From NCBI GenBank assembly GCA_021850705.1, contig JAJZKU010000004.1, forward strand, positions 1 to 60,256: a stretch of 60,256 nt of DNA. Reading direction: 5' to 3'. The DNA comes from Candidatus Micrarchaeota archaeon. Lineage in GTDB: Archaea; Micrarchaeota; Micrarchaeia; Micrarchaeales; CABMGC01. This document shows, one piece after another, positions 47,184 through 56,732 of the stretch; within the stretch, counting starts at the first letter, position 1; the number at the start of each line of letters is the position of its first letter. Both the position numbers and the translations under genes were made by a program. Under the pieces are notes generated by a model, which had not been told where the DNA came from, did no database searches, and saw only the letters and a list, made by a program, of their open reading frames with translations.

Positions 47184-49292
47184 ATGGGCATATCATATTC
47201 AAGAAGTTTTATATCGATAAAAAATGATTACAAGTCAAAAGAATTATTAGTAAATACAGATGAAATCGGGGGCAAGAGTAGTTCTTTACTTATCCTGTCT
47301 GAAAGATTCAATGTTCCTAGTGGGATAATACTCACCACTGGCACCTTTGATGAATATCTAGAACAAAACGGACTATTAAAAATTCTCGAGAAGAATCAAA
47401 AGGGAAAGAGTAAACTGAAAGATCTGAACAAGGCACTGTCAAATTCTGCAATACCTGAAATCACACTCAAAAGCCTTGAAAGGAGATTAGATGAATTGGG
47501 AATGATTGGGCATCCTCTTATAGTAAGAAGTTCAGCAACAGCTGAAGACTCTGAGACAGCCAGTTTTGCAGGAAGGTTCAGAACGGTAATAAACGTAAAC
47601 GGGATAGAACAAGTGGCAAAAGCAATAAAGGAAGTGTATGACTCTGCATACAGTCCAGAAGTGATATCCTACTGCCATGAAGTCGGCATTCCTCTTAAGA
47701 AGATAAAAATGGCAGTGGTAATCCAGAAACTTATTATTGGCAGTTATTCAGGAGTTATGTTTACGCGGGATCCTGTAAATCTTGCAGACAAGACAATAAT
47801 AGAAGCAATATCTGGACTTAATGAGGGCATGGTCTCAGGAAAGATAACCCCAAGCAGATTTGTGTTTGACAACAAGGACCACAGAATAGAGTCTTCGGAT
47901 TATGTTCTGCAGAACAAGATCTTTGTGCCTGACGCTAATTGTGGCACTAGAATATCGGATCTCAATTCAGGTTCAGTCAGGAGGCTTCCAAAGGCTATTC
48001 TGTATAAGCTTGCAGAGATGGGTCTTGAGATAGAAAAAACCTTTGGATTACCTCAAGATATAGAATGGACTGTAAAAGACGGAAAAATATACATACTCCA
48101 GAGCAGGAGCATAACTACAGGAAGGAAAAATACAGCCACAAACGCGGTCACAAGCAATTCTGGAACGGCACTAATAGGCTATCCTGCATCGGCAGGAATG
48201 GCCTCAGGTAAGATAAAGAAGATAAGCGGTCCAGGTGAGAATATACCTAAGGGCATAGTGCTTGCATTGGATGTTCTCGATACCGACTACTCAACAGAAT
48301 CAGTTAAGGGTGTAAAGGCCATAGTGACACAGGATGGAGGAGTATTATCACATGCTGCCATAGTGGCAAGAGAGCTTGGAATACCATGTGTTGTGGGGGT
48401 AGAAGGCATAATGGAAAAGGTAAAGGATGGTAATAAGGTAGTGGTTGACGGGACTAACGGCGTAGTATACATGAACAGCATCTCTTCAGGAATCAGTACC
48501 GAGCGAAGAATTGATTACAGTTATCTATATGATTTTGACAGAATGTTAAAACTTGGCAAAAAGGACATATACTATGAAGAATTCGATGACAGGGTTATAT
48601 ACTACTCATATCCTGAACTTGGCAAAAATGATCTTAAAAAGTTATTCGGAAAAGCGTACCGTGAAGGCAAGGATATTAAGAGAGGCGGTGCTCCGAAGAA
48701 TTACATATGCCATAGGTATTACGAATATAAGCAGAACATGATACTTAACAGACTTACAGAGTCTGCAATAGGAGCAGCAAGATCATGCAAACCTGAACTT
48801 ATTGAAAAAGTGTCTAAAAACCTTCTAAAAGAGGCCACCAAGTGCATGAGTCAGTACGATAAAATTCCAGGGGAAGGAAGGAAAGCCTATCTGGAAAGGC
48901 TGTCAAAGCTCCTTCATGCAGAATGGTGCTATACCTTAGTAAATGAACTAATATGCGAAGGATATGGGATAACCTCATTGCAGAGAAAGCTGAATCCTAT
49001 CCTGAGCCCAATGGGAAAGGACATAAGCTATTTCCTTGATGCGGTTGACTCAAATGGCAATATTTATGTTAAAGGGCTAAGTGCAGGGCAGAGAGAGGCG
49101 CTTAACGATGCAGTTAAATACTACAGGAAACTCAAAGAGTGGCGTCTTGGATCATATCCCAAATTCAGATCAGTAGGGGCCACAGGTTCGGATTTCGAAG
49201 ATAAGTTCAAAAAGACCATATCAAAACTTTCAAAGGATGGTCAAAGCAGGGATAGGATCATGGAAGAAGCCACGCGATATATAAATCGCTAA
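47184..49292 (+). CDS. PEP-utilizer-type dikinase paralog
   Basis: IGGKS, IVRSSATAED, SFAGRF, SGVMFTRDP, PQDIEW, LQSRSIT, GGVLSHAAIVARELGIP, VVVDGTNG. Confidence 0.88.
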   Translation: MGISYSRSFISIKNDYKSKELLVNTDEIGGKSSSLLILSERFNVPSGIILTTGTFDEYLEQNGLLKILEKNQKGKSKLKDLNKALSNSAIPEITLKSLERRLDELGMIGHPLIVRSSATAEDSETASFAGRFRTVINVNGIEQVAKAIKEVYDSAYSPEVISYCHEVGIPLKKIKMAVVIQKLIIGSYSGVMFTRDPVNLADKTIIEAISGLNEGMVSGKITPSRFVFDNKDHRIESSDYVLQNKIFVPDANCGTRISDLNSGSVRRLPKAILYKLAEMGLEIEKTFGLPQDIEWTVKDGKIYILQSRSITTGRKNTATNAVTSNSGTALIGYPASAGMASGKIKKISGPGENIPKGIVLALDVLDTDYSTESVKGVKAIVTQDGGVLSHAAIVARELGIPCVVGVEGIMEKVKDGNKVVVDGTNGVVYMNSISSGISTERRIDYSYLYDFDRMLKLGKKDIYYEEFDDRVIYYSYPELGKNDLKKLFGKAYREGKDIKRGGAPKNYICHRYYEYKQNMILNRLTESAIGAARSCKPELIEKVSKNLLKEATKCMSQYDKIPGEGRKAYLERLSKLLHAEWCYTLVNELICEGYGITSLQRKLNPILSPMGKDISYFLDAVDSNGNIYVKGLSAGQREALNDAVKYYRKLKEWRLGSYPKFRSVGATGSDFEDKFKKTISKLSKDGQSRDRIMEEATRYINR

Positions 49293-49460
49293 TCAGACGT
49301 AGAAAATTACTATACAGGCCCTGCACCAGTATAATGTCTTTGCATGTATGCAAAAGGCTAAAATAACTTATACATGAATAATAATCGGGGATACGGCTCC
49401 ATCGTATGGGCACTATTTAGCATCAATTATAACTGATGATTCTAAAAAGAGTAAAACCTG

Positions 49461-50090
49461 ATGAGTATGTATAAACACATAATCTTCGCCTTAGGAGGAG
49501 TCTTCCTTAATCTCATGGGTCAGCATTCAGGAGTGCCAAAACAGCTTTCAGAGGCACTTTCCATACCTGAAAGTGATGCAGAAAGGCTATGGAAAGAGAA
49601 CAGGGAGAAGCTCCTTACGGGAAAAGAGTCGCCAAAACAGTTTCTGGACCGTGTTGTTAAGGTAGTTTATGGCAATGCTGACATGGACGAAGTTCATTCA
49701 AGATGGAAGGCAAGTGACAGAGTGAGAGAAGATCAGATAAACTGGCAGCTTGTTGATTATGTGGAACAGCTAAAAAAGAGCGGCTACCTGATACACATGC
49801 TTACTGACACTATCGATTTAAGCAGGAAGACGGATCCAATTGTGAAGGAAATAGACAGTCATTTCCATAATGTCTTCAAATCCTATGAAGAAGGGATAAA
49901 GAAGCCTGATAAAGAAGCTTTCATCAATGCGCTCAAGAAGATCAAAGCCGAGCCTGATGAGTGCGTTTTTGTAGATGATTATGAATCAAATGTAAAAGCA
50001 GCAAGCGAACTTGGGATTACCGCAGTGCAGTTCACCACTACAGAAAACCTCAAGGAAAGTTTTGAAGAACTAGGGATAAAAATATCATAA
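49461..50090 (+). CDS. HAD-family protein (motif I Asp replaced by Ala)
   Basis: IIFALGGV, KKPD, VFVDDYESNVKAA. Confidence 0.8.
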   Translation: MSMYKHIIFALGGVFLNLMGQHSGVPKQLSEALSIPESDAERLWKENREKLLTGKESPKQFLDRVVKVVYGNADMDEVHSRWKASDRVREDQINWQLVDYVEQLKKSGYLIHMLTDTIDLSRKTDPIVKEIDSHFHNVFKSYEEGIKKPDKEAFINALKKIKAEPDECVFVDDYESNVKAASELGITAVQFTTTENLKESFEELGIKIS

Positions 50091-50194
50091 ACATGTTCAA
50101 TTAGAGAAAAATAAAGTAATGGAAACATACCATGCAAAATAACATGATCCGTATGCAAATGTTTTAGAATGGCTTAAAGCCTAATGTGGGGGAA

Positions 50195-50788
50195 ATGATA
50201 AAATTAATACTCTTTGATATGGGCGGAATAATAAACAACAACACGAGTGGAGGTTATATTGACTATCTTTGCAAGGTTTCTGGGAAGAACAAAGATGAGG
50301 TGGTAAGAGTTGTAAAACCAATTACAACAAAGCTCTCAATATCTGCAATAAGTCTTCAAGAGGCAGAAAGATTAATTGCAGAAGGACTGAGTGTAGAAAT
50401 TGGGCAAATCAAGTTCCTAGAATATTATAAAGAACATCTAAAAATAAACGATCAAAACGTGGAGTTTATCCGATTGCTTAAAAAGAAATACAAGTTGGCC
50501 AGTTTAACAAACAATGAGGAAAACAGATACAGGTATGCAGTATCACAGCTTGGCAACAATTTTTTTGATTTTGAATTCCCTTCATCAAGAATGCATTATA
50601 GGAAACCTGATAAGCGTGTATACGAGTTCGTAAAAGAAGAAACAGGATTTGAGTATAACGAGATGCTCTTCATAGAAGATACTGATGAAAACCTTTCAGT
50701 AGCAAGAGAGCTAGGAATTAACACTATACTATTTGACAATCTTTATGGCATGAAGAAGGATATGCGAAAGCTTGGGATAAAAGTATGA
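50195..50788 (+). CDS. HAD-family phosphatase
   Basis: ILFDMGG, SLTNN, RKPD, LFIEDTDENL. Confidence 0.85.
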   Translation: MIKLILFDMGGIINNNTSGGYIDYLCKVSGKNKDEVVRVVKPITTKLSISAISLQEAERLIAEGLSVEIGQIKFLEYYKEHLKINDQNVEFIRLLKKKYKLASLTNNEENRYRYAVSQLGNNFFDFEFPSSRMHYRKPDKRVYEFVKEETGFEYNEMLFIEDTDENLSVARELGINTILFDNLYGMKKDMRKLGIKV

Positions 50789-50942
50789 TGATGTGCTGTT
50801 GCAAAACACATGGCTATGAAAGTAACGGCAAAACTGATTGAATTAGGATATAAAGACACTAAGGACGAATAACAACTGCCAAGAAGCTTGGAAAACAGTA
50901 AAGTTAATTATACACCTTGTATTTATTACTAATAACAATGGT

Positions 50943-51545
50943 GTGGTCATTAGGAAAGCCGATATAATATTCGCAACATCAAACAAGGGAAAGGTAGAGT
51001 TAGCCAACGAGAGGCTCAACAGGTACGGCATTAATATAACTCAGCAAACCGCTTCGGTTCAGGAAATACAATCCATTGATGTGGAAGAGGTGGCCCTGCA
51101 TAAGGCAAGACAGCTTGAAGGGATAATAAAAAAGCCCTTTTTCGTAGAGGATTCGGGTCTTTACATAGACAAGCTTAACGGTTTCCCAGGAGCGCTGCTG
51201 AAGCCTGTAATGGATACTATAAAGGATGATCATCTGCTGAAGATGCTATCAGGAGAAGAAAACAGGTCTGCATGTATAAAGAGCGTGCTGGCATATTACG
51301 ATCCTGTATCAAATACTGAAAAGCTCTTTATCGGAATCTACAAAGGCAGGATCTCAGAGGAGGAACGCGGAAATGATACGCGAGGCTGGAAAGTTTCACG
51401 CATATTCATACCTGATAACTTTGAGAAAACACTGGCAGAGATGGACGATGATGACTGGGCCAGAACTCTGGAAGAATCAAGGAAGGATGACCATTTCTAT
51501 AAGTTCGGGGAATGGTTCTCAAAAAATAACCAAGTGCCGATATGA
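50943..51545 (+). CDS. Ham1/ITPase-family NTP pyrophosphatase (divergent)
   Basis: FATSNKGK, EIQS, VEDSGLYI, GFPG, KTLAEM. Confidence 0.85.
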   Translation: MVIRKADIIFATSNKGKVELANERLNRYGINITQQTASVQEIQSIDVEEVALHKARQLEGIIKKPFFVEDSGLYIDKLNGFPGALLKPVMDTIKDDHLLKMLSGEENRSACIKSVLAYYDPVSNTEKLFIGIYKGRISEEERGNDTRGWKVSRIFIPDNFEKTLAEMDDDDWARTLEESRKDDHFYKFGEWFSKNNQVPI

Positions 51546-52123
51546 AAATAACATTCATAACTACGAATAATGTAAAGTTCAACATCGCCTGTGATGTACT
51601 ATCCAGATACGGGATAACTGTGGAGCAGCGCAAGATGGAGCTTTCTGAACTGAAGACCATTAATTTAGACGATGTTGTAATGGACAAGGCAAAGCAGGTT
51701 GCCAAGACCTTCAAAGAGAATTTTATTGTGGATGATTCCGGTCTTTACATTGACGCTTTGGCAGATTTTCCAGGTGCTCTCTTCAAACCAACCATATATA
51801 CGCTTGGAGAAGAGAAATTCCTCAGGCTGATGAACGGTGAAAAAAACCGCAGAGCACGTTTTGTAAGCGAATTGATCTTCTATAATTCTAAAACCAATGA
51901 ATTCTCTCTTATTCCGACTATCATGACCGGGACAATTGTTGATACAGTTAGCACTGGAACCAGGCGTGTGGGCTACTCTTTAGAGAGAATATTTGTGCCA
52001 GACAGAGAGAAAAAGCCAATCGCAGAGATGGATGATAAAGAATGGGAGGCGTTATACTCCAGGACAAAGACTAAATTACACTATGAAGAACTTGGCAGGA
52101 AACTGAGCTCTGATAAAGGTTAA
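51542..52123 (+). CDS. Ham1/ITPase-family NTP pyrophosphatase (divergent), second copy
   Basis: FITTNNVK, VDDSGLYI, DFPG, RIFVP, IAEM; start overlaps the upstream stop (ATGA). Confidence 0.85.
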   Translation: MKITFITTNNVKFNIACDVLSRYGITVEQRKMELSELKTINLDDVVMDKAKQVAKTFKENFIVDDSGLYIDALADFPGALFKPTIYTLGEEKFLRLMNGEKNRRARFVSELIFYNSKTNEFSLIPTIMTGTIVDTVSTGTRRVGYSLERIFVPDREKKPIAEMDDKEWEALYSRTKTKLHYEELGRKLSSDKG

Positions 52124-52154
52124 TACTATTAAAAAATAAATAGGAAGATTTAAG

Positions 52155-52760
52155 ATGGCCGAAGAAATCGAACTAAAATTCCTAATAAGCGATTATCACA
52201 AGGTATTCCATAGAATACTCTCTATCGGAGAACATGAAAAAACTGCATACGAATTAACGGTTATGTATGATAACGATAAGAAAACTTTATACAAAGAAGA
52301 TTCAAGGTTAAGGCTAAGGAAGATTATCGATTTAAAAGATGACAGAGAATCTTGCGAACTGAGTTATAAAAAACCTAAAACCAGGGAAGGAATAAAGATA
52401 GAAGAGGAAATAGAAGTAGAAACTTCTTCATTTAAAGATTCCGAAGAAATATTAGCCAGGTTGGGTTATCGCAGTGTCAGCAGCTACGAAAGGATAAGAG
52501 ATACCTTTAGGGTAAACACCTGCAAAGTCACCCTAGACAATTTCCCATTTGGTTATATTTTAGAGATAGAAGGAGACGAAGAAAATATTAAAAATGTAGC
52601 TAAAAGGTTAAACTTCAACCTAAAGGATAACACTACGAAATCCTGCGACGATATATATGCGGAGATATGCAAAACAAATCACAAAGAGGCAAAAAAAGAT
52701 ATTCTATTTGAAGGTTTATCATTACAAAACCTAAAAAGGCAGCATAAAACGCAATCCTGA
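52155..52760 (+). CDS. CYTH domain protein (class IV adenylate cyclase-like)
   Basis: EIELKF, RLRLR, SYKKP, EEIE, YERIR, LEIEG. Confidence 0.85.
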   Translation: MAEEIELKFLISDYHKVFHRILSIGEHEKTAYELTVMYDNDKKTLYKEDSRLRLRKIIDLKDDRESCELSYKKPKTREGIKIEEEIEVETSSFKDSEEILARLGYRSVSSYERIRDTFRVNTCKVTLDNFPFGYILEIEGDEENIKNVAKRLNFNLKDNTTKSCDDIYAEICKTNHKEAKKDILFEGLSLQNLKRQHKTQS

Positions 52761-52787
52761 TTAAATATATGTAAATGTAAGAAATGT

Positions 52788-53567
52788 ATGGTGAAACAAA
52801 TGGGAAATAAGATATCAAAGCACTTCTTTTCAAAATACAAATCTGAAGAGAGCAAGGAATACAAAAAAGACATAACGGCAAAAGTCCGTTTCATAAATAA
52901 TGCCAACAAACGCTTCCTAAAAGGCAGGGGAAGGAAGATGCTCGATGTTGGATTCGGAAATGCACCTTTGATACCATATCTGGGCAGTAAGTATGAGATA
53001 TCAGGAGTAGACATAAGCAAGGAGAATGTGGCAAAGGCAAGGAAAAACTATCCTAAACTAAAGTTCTTCAAGGCAGACATGCGAAACTTTAGGACAAACG
53101 GCAAGTATGACATAATAATATCTGTATGCGCGATTGATCACGGTGATGGCTTAAGGAAGGGACTGGGAAAGACGATCAAAAGCATGGCAAAACACCTGAA
53201 TGAGAGGGGCATTATACTGTTCGACACTCCTCTATCATTAGACAGCTGGCAGAGAGAGTCTTCATTCGAGTGCGATGGCAGGCTGATAGGCGAGAGAGGC
53301 ACAAAGTACTGTTTTGTGAATCACAGGCAATGCGGCAAGCAAAAAGGTTCAGGCTCTACCTATTCTGTCTCGATAAAAGCAAACGGCAAAGGCATATCAG
53401 TTGAGACTAGCGATATATTTCCTGCAAAATACCTTGTAGGGGTGGATCAGGTAAAGGCAATTGCAAAGAAAAATGGATTCAGGGCATATGTCTATGATGG
53501 TTGGGAAGCCAAAAGCCCAAAGAGCGGCAAATTCACCAAAGACCCTGTCTTCATACTGGCAAGATGA
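52788..53567 (+). CDS. Class I SAM-dependent methyltransferase
   Basis: MLDVGFGNA, GVDIS, KADMRNF, YDIII, HLNERGIILFD. Confidence 0.85.
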   Translation: MVKQMGNKISKHFFSKYKSEESKEYKKDITAKVRFINNANKRFLKGRGRKMLDVGFGNAPLIPYLGSKYEISGVDISKENVAKARKNYPKLKFFKADMRNFRTNGKYDIIISVCAIDHGDGLRKGLGKTIKSMAKHLNERGIILFDTPLSLDSWQRESSFECDGRLIGERGTKYCFVNHRQCGKQKGSGSTYSVSIKANGKGISVETSDIFPAKYLVGVDQVKAIAKKNGFRAYVYDGWEAKSPKSGKFTKDPVFILAR

Positions 53568-53678
53568 AATGCCTGTTTAATAAGCGCACTTGCGGCTAAG
53601 CAGCAGTGCAATCTCCAATATCGCTATGGAATATGGCAAACTCTTTAAATCCAACATGAGAATAAGGAGTGTGATGTT

Positions 53679-54572
53679 TTGAACTATCTGGTAGCTGTGC
53701 CGGTTGACAAGAGCCTGGCGGAATTCATAGGCAAGAAGGGTGGAGAGAACGGGATAACCTTCTACAACAGGAAAGCGGATGAGAATGTGATAGTGGCGCT
53801 CTTCCCTACGAATGCGCAGGAGAAGTTCTACGGCTTTGTGGAGAGCATGCTGCTCGCGGACCAGATAGTGATAAGCACTGCAAATGTTGACAGATTACTT
53901 GGAGAGGCGCTGATAACGGCAGAGCTGCTTGGAAAACATCTGATAATAACAGAGGAGAATGACATAAAGGCGCTTCTTGCAGGAACGGGCATAAAGGACT
54001 TTGAATTCTCCTCAAAGGAGCAGCTGCTGGAGAAGATAGCTGCATACAAGGGAAAGGACCAGGGTACAGGAGTGCGCATAGACATAGACCAGGCATTCCC
54101 TGTAAAGGGCATAGGCTCAGTGGCGCTTGGCATAGTGACAAGGGGCACCGTGAAGGTGCATGACAAGCTCATCCATAGCTCCGGAAAGGAGGTGGAGATA
54201 AAGTCAATACAGTCCCAGGATGTGGACCAGAAAGAGGCTTCAAGGGGCACGCGGGTAGGGATAGCGATGAAGGGCATAGACTCGGATGAGATGGCAAAGG
54301 GAGACATACTGTGCAATACGAGAATACCAAAGGTAAAGTCCCTAACTCTCTCAATGAAGAAGAGCGCCTTTGTGGCAGAGGAGCTAAAGGAAGGTGGCAG
54401 GTATATGATAGCAGCAAATTTCTCACACTCTATAGCATTCCTTGACAATCCAAAGGAGATGCGCTTCACGCTCGAGAAGCCGCTTGCAATTGAAAAAGGT
54501 CAGCAGGTTGCTGTATCAAGGGAGCAGCAGCCAAGGGTATTCGCAAGCGGAACGGTACTGGGAGTGGAATGA
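53679..54572 (+). CDS. SelB-like / EF-Tu-related protein with degenerate G domain
   Basis: IGKKG...ITFYN, IDQAFPVKGIGSVALG, IKSIQSQD, RVGIAMKG. Confidence 0.8.
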   Translation: MNYLVAVPVDKSLAEFIGKKGGENGITFYNRKADENVIVALFPTNAQEKFYGFVESMLLADQIVISTANVDRLLGEALITAELLGKHLIITEENDIKALLAGTGIKDFEFSSKEQLLEKIAAYKGKDQGTGVRIDIDQAFPVKGIGSVALGIVTRGTVKVHDKLIHSSGKEVEIKSIQSQDVDQKEASRGTRVGIAMKGIDSDEMAKGDILCNTRIPKVKSLTLSMKKSAFVAEELKEGGRYMIAANFSHSIAFLDNPKEMRFTLEKPLAIEKGQQVAVSREQQPRVFASGTVLGVE

Positions 54573-54633
54573 GCTCCTCCATACTATCTGAGCCAACTTA
54601 CAGGATATAATCAAGGCAACAAGGTGCATAAAG

Positions 54634-55722
54634 ATGCAGGTAAAATCCTTCCATTTTGCAGGAAAAGAGACCAAGATACCAATAGGATATGACATAATGC
54701 AGGATCTGGGGAAGATGATAGCTGAGCATGATCCTTACAGGATAGTGATAGTAACAGATACGAATGTGAAGAACCTCTATGGCGATTCGGTAAAGAAGAA
54801 GATAGAGAGCCATGGCATAGAGTGCAAGCTCATCGATTTCCATCCTGGAGAGTTCCAGAAAGCGCGTGAAGTGAAGGACAGGGTGCTTGATGAGATGCTG
54901 GGTTTTGCAACAGCCGACAGCGGGGTAGTCGGCCTTGGAGGGGGCATAGTGCTCGATGTTGCAGGATATGCCGCATGCGAATACTTCCGTGAGAAGCTCA
55001 AGTTCTTCGCCGTACCTACTACTCTAATGGCTGCGCATGATGCTGCGATAGGTGCAAAGAATGCGCTAAACTCCCGTTTCGCAAAACACTCATACGGTGT
55101 CTACTACGCGCCTGAATTTGTCTTTGTGGATGCCAAAGCACTCCAATCCCTTAATCAGAGGGAGACGAGGAACGGGCTGATAGAGAGCATAAAGCATGCG
55201 ATGGCACAGGACCTTGGCTTTCTCGACTACCTGCTCTCCCTTCCAGACGATCTGAAGCTCTCAAAGGAGCAGCTGCTCAAGGTCATTGAGCGTACAATAG
55301 ACCTCAAGCTGGAATGCATGGCAGGGGATGAGTATGAGATGTTCAATCCTGTATTGCACCTCGGGCACACTCTCGGTCATCAGATAGAATTCCATTCTAA
55401 TTTCCAACTTACTCACGGAGAGGCGCTCTCCTTGGGAATAAGAGCGGAAGCCTCTCTTTCAAATAAGCTGGGCATGCTCTCCCAGGATGATGTAAAAAGG
55501 ATATACTCTGTCTTTGAAAGAATCGGTGCACCTGCAAAATTGCCCAATCCTTCAAGCGAACTGTTCTCAAGTATCATAGACAGTCTTAAGTACGACAACA
55601 AAAGGACAAGGAGGGGGACACCCTTCTTCCTTCTAAAGAAGCTTGGAGCTCCGCCTGTCCTTGTGAATGAGGATGAGATTCCAAGGGAGCAGATACTCAG
55701 CTGTCTGAACTCCATATGCTGA
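54634..55722 (+). CDS. aroB: 3-dehydroquinate synthase family (sugar-phosphate cyclase)
   Basis: VTDTNV, GEFQK, LGGGIVLD, VPTTLMA, GHTLGH, HGEA, DNKR. Confidence 0.75.
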   Translation: MQVKSFHFAGKETKIPIGYDIMQDLGKMIAEHDPYRIVIVTDTNVKNLYGDSVKKKIESHGIECKLIDFHPGEFQKAREVKDRVLDEMLGFATADSGVVGLGGGIVLDVAGYAACEYFREKLKFFAVPTTLMAAHDAAIGAKNALNSRFAKHSYGVYYAPEFVFVDAKALQSLNQRETRNGLIESIKHAMAQDLGFLDYLLSLPDDLKLSKEQLLKVIERTIDLKLECMAGDEYEMFNPVLHLGHTLGHQIEFHSNFQLTHGEALSLGIRAEASLSNKLGMLSQDDVKRIYSVFERIGAPAKLPNPSSELFSSIIDSLKYDNKRTRRGTPFFLLKKLGAPPVLVNEDEIPREQILSCLNSIC

Positions 55723-55785
55723 TTCATGAATTAAAGAAAGAGATTATACTAACCTTATCCTGACAAATTAATAAAATACTGGAAT

Positions 55786-56160
55786 TCATACTATAGAAAC
55801 TTTGAATTCAGGAAACAGCTTCTTTATTTCCTTAAAGTCTTTATCCATTGTAAATAATCTGATCTTGTTTGCCATTGCAGAAGCGGCTATGTAAACATCA
55901 TTTTCATTTACCGTTTTGCCTGCCTTTCTAAGTTTTACAAAAATTTCAGATGCCTTTAATATTATGGGATTGGAGAAATTGATAGTTTCAAAAGCTCCTT
56001 CCAAAAGAAGTTTCTGCTCTTCTGGATTTTTCTTGTATCTTATGTACTCATATATGCTCAACACGTTTATATGGCACTCATTTTCAAGAATTTGTTTGTC
56101 CCCATCTCTATCAAAGATGTCTATTAGTATGCTTGTATCTAAAATAACTTTCTCGGCCAT
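55786..56160 (-). CDS. vapC: PIN-domain toxin
   Basis: ILDTSILID, YE, NDVYIAASA, LFTMDKDF. Confidence 0.9.
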   Translation of the reverse strand: MAEKVILDTSILIDIFDRDGDKQILENECHINVLSIYEYIRYKKNPEEQKLLLEGAFETINFSNPIILKASEIFVKLRKAGKTVNENDVYIAASAMANKIRLFTMDKDFKEIKKLFPEFKVSIV

Positions 56161-56378
56161 CCATACACCTTCCTATCTTTCAAAAGCTCTTCTAACGTAA
56201 CCTTATTCTCTTTTTTATTTGCCTCAAGCAGCCTTTTCATAGAAAGCTGCTTTAATAATCTCTTATAATTAACGATAAGTTTATCCACCGCATCATCCAT
56301 ATTCCTAGTCTCAAGCTCCTCCTTTAGCTTCAATAATTCATCGTATGTTTCATTTGATATTGCTATTGTCTTTACCAT
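56139..56378 (-). CDS. vapB: Antitoxin, archaeal VapB-like
   Basis: MVKTIAISNETYDELLKLK; overlaps the vapC start. Confidence 0.8.
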   Translation of the reverse strand: MVKTIAISNETYDELLKLKEELETRNMDDAVDKLIVNYKRLLKQLSMKRLLEANKKENKVTLEELLKDRKVYGWPRKLF

Positions 56379-56458
56379 AGTATCGATTATCTATAGAATT
56401 ATAAGTTTATAAATTATTACTTTTCCTGCTTGCCTTCCAAGTATAAGCTTTATATATC

Positions 56459-56484
56459 TAATGTATTATAATGTCATAACATTA
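56459..56484. promoter_or_regulatory. Putative operator: TAATGT direct repeat plus TAATGT-N4-ACATTA inverted repeat
   Basis: Lies between a TTTATATA box and the RHH gene start. Confidence 0.4.
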
Positions 56485-56500
56485 CAATATATGTGATAAG

Positions 56501-56728
56501 ATGGCAAAGACTGCAGGATTGAAGAGGAAGTACACTACAATAACCATACCAACTCCGTTATTCAACAAGCTAAAAGGGAAGATAAAGGAGACGGGGTTTT
56601 CCTCGGTCTCTGACTGTGTCACCTACATACTGAGAGAGACGATAATAGAGATGGAGAGCAACGATTCACAGGCGAAGAAGAACAATGCCGTGATTGAGAA
56701 GCTGAAGGCTCTCGGATATACAATGTGA
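56501..56728 (+). CDS. Ribbon-helix-helix (CopG-like) regulator
   Basis: YTTITIP..LF.K....I..TGFSSVSD.V.YILRE; C-terminal EKLKALGY. Confidence 0.85.
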   Translation: MAKTAGLKRKYTTITIPTPLFNKLKGKIKETGFSSVSDCVTYILRETIIEMESNDSQAKKNNAVIEKLKALGYTM

Positions 56729-56732
56729 TCTT

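Noticed and set aside
45019-49292. Calling the dikinases ppsA or rifampin phosphotransferase
   Set aside because: No PEP-synthase C-terminal barrel motifs, and the domain order differs from rifampin phosphotransferase
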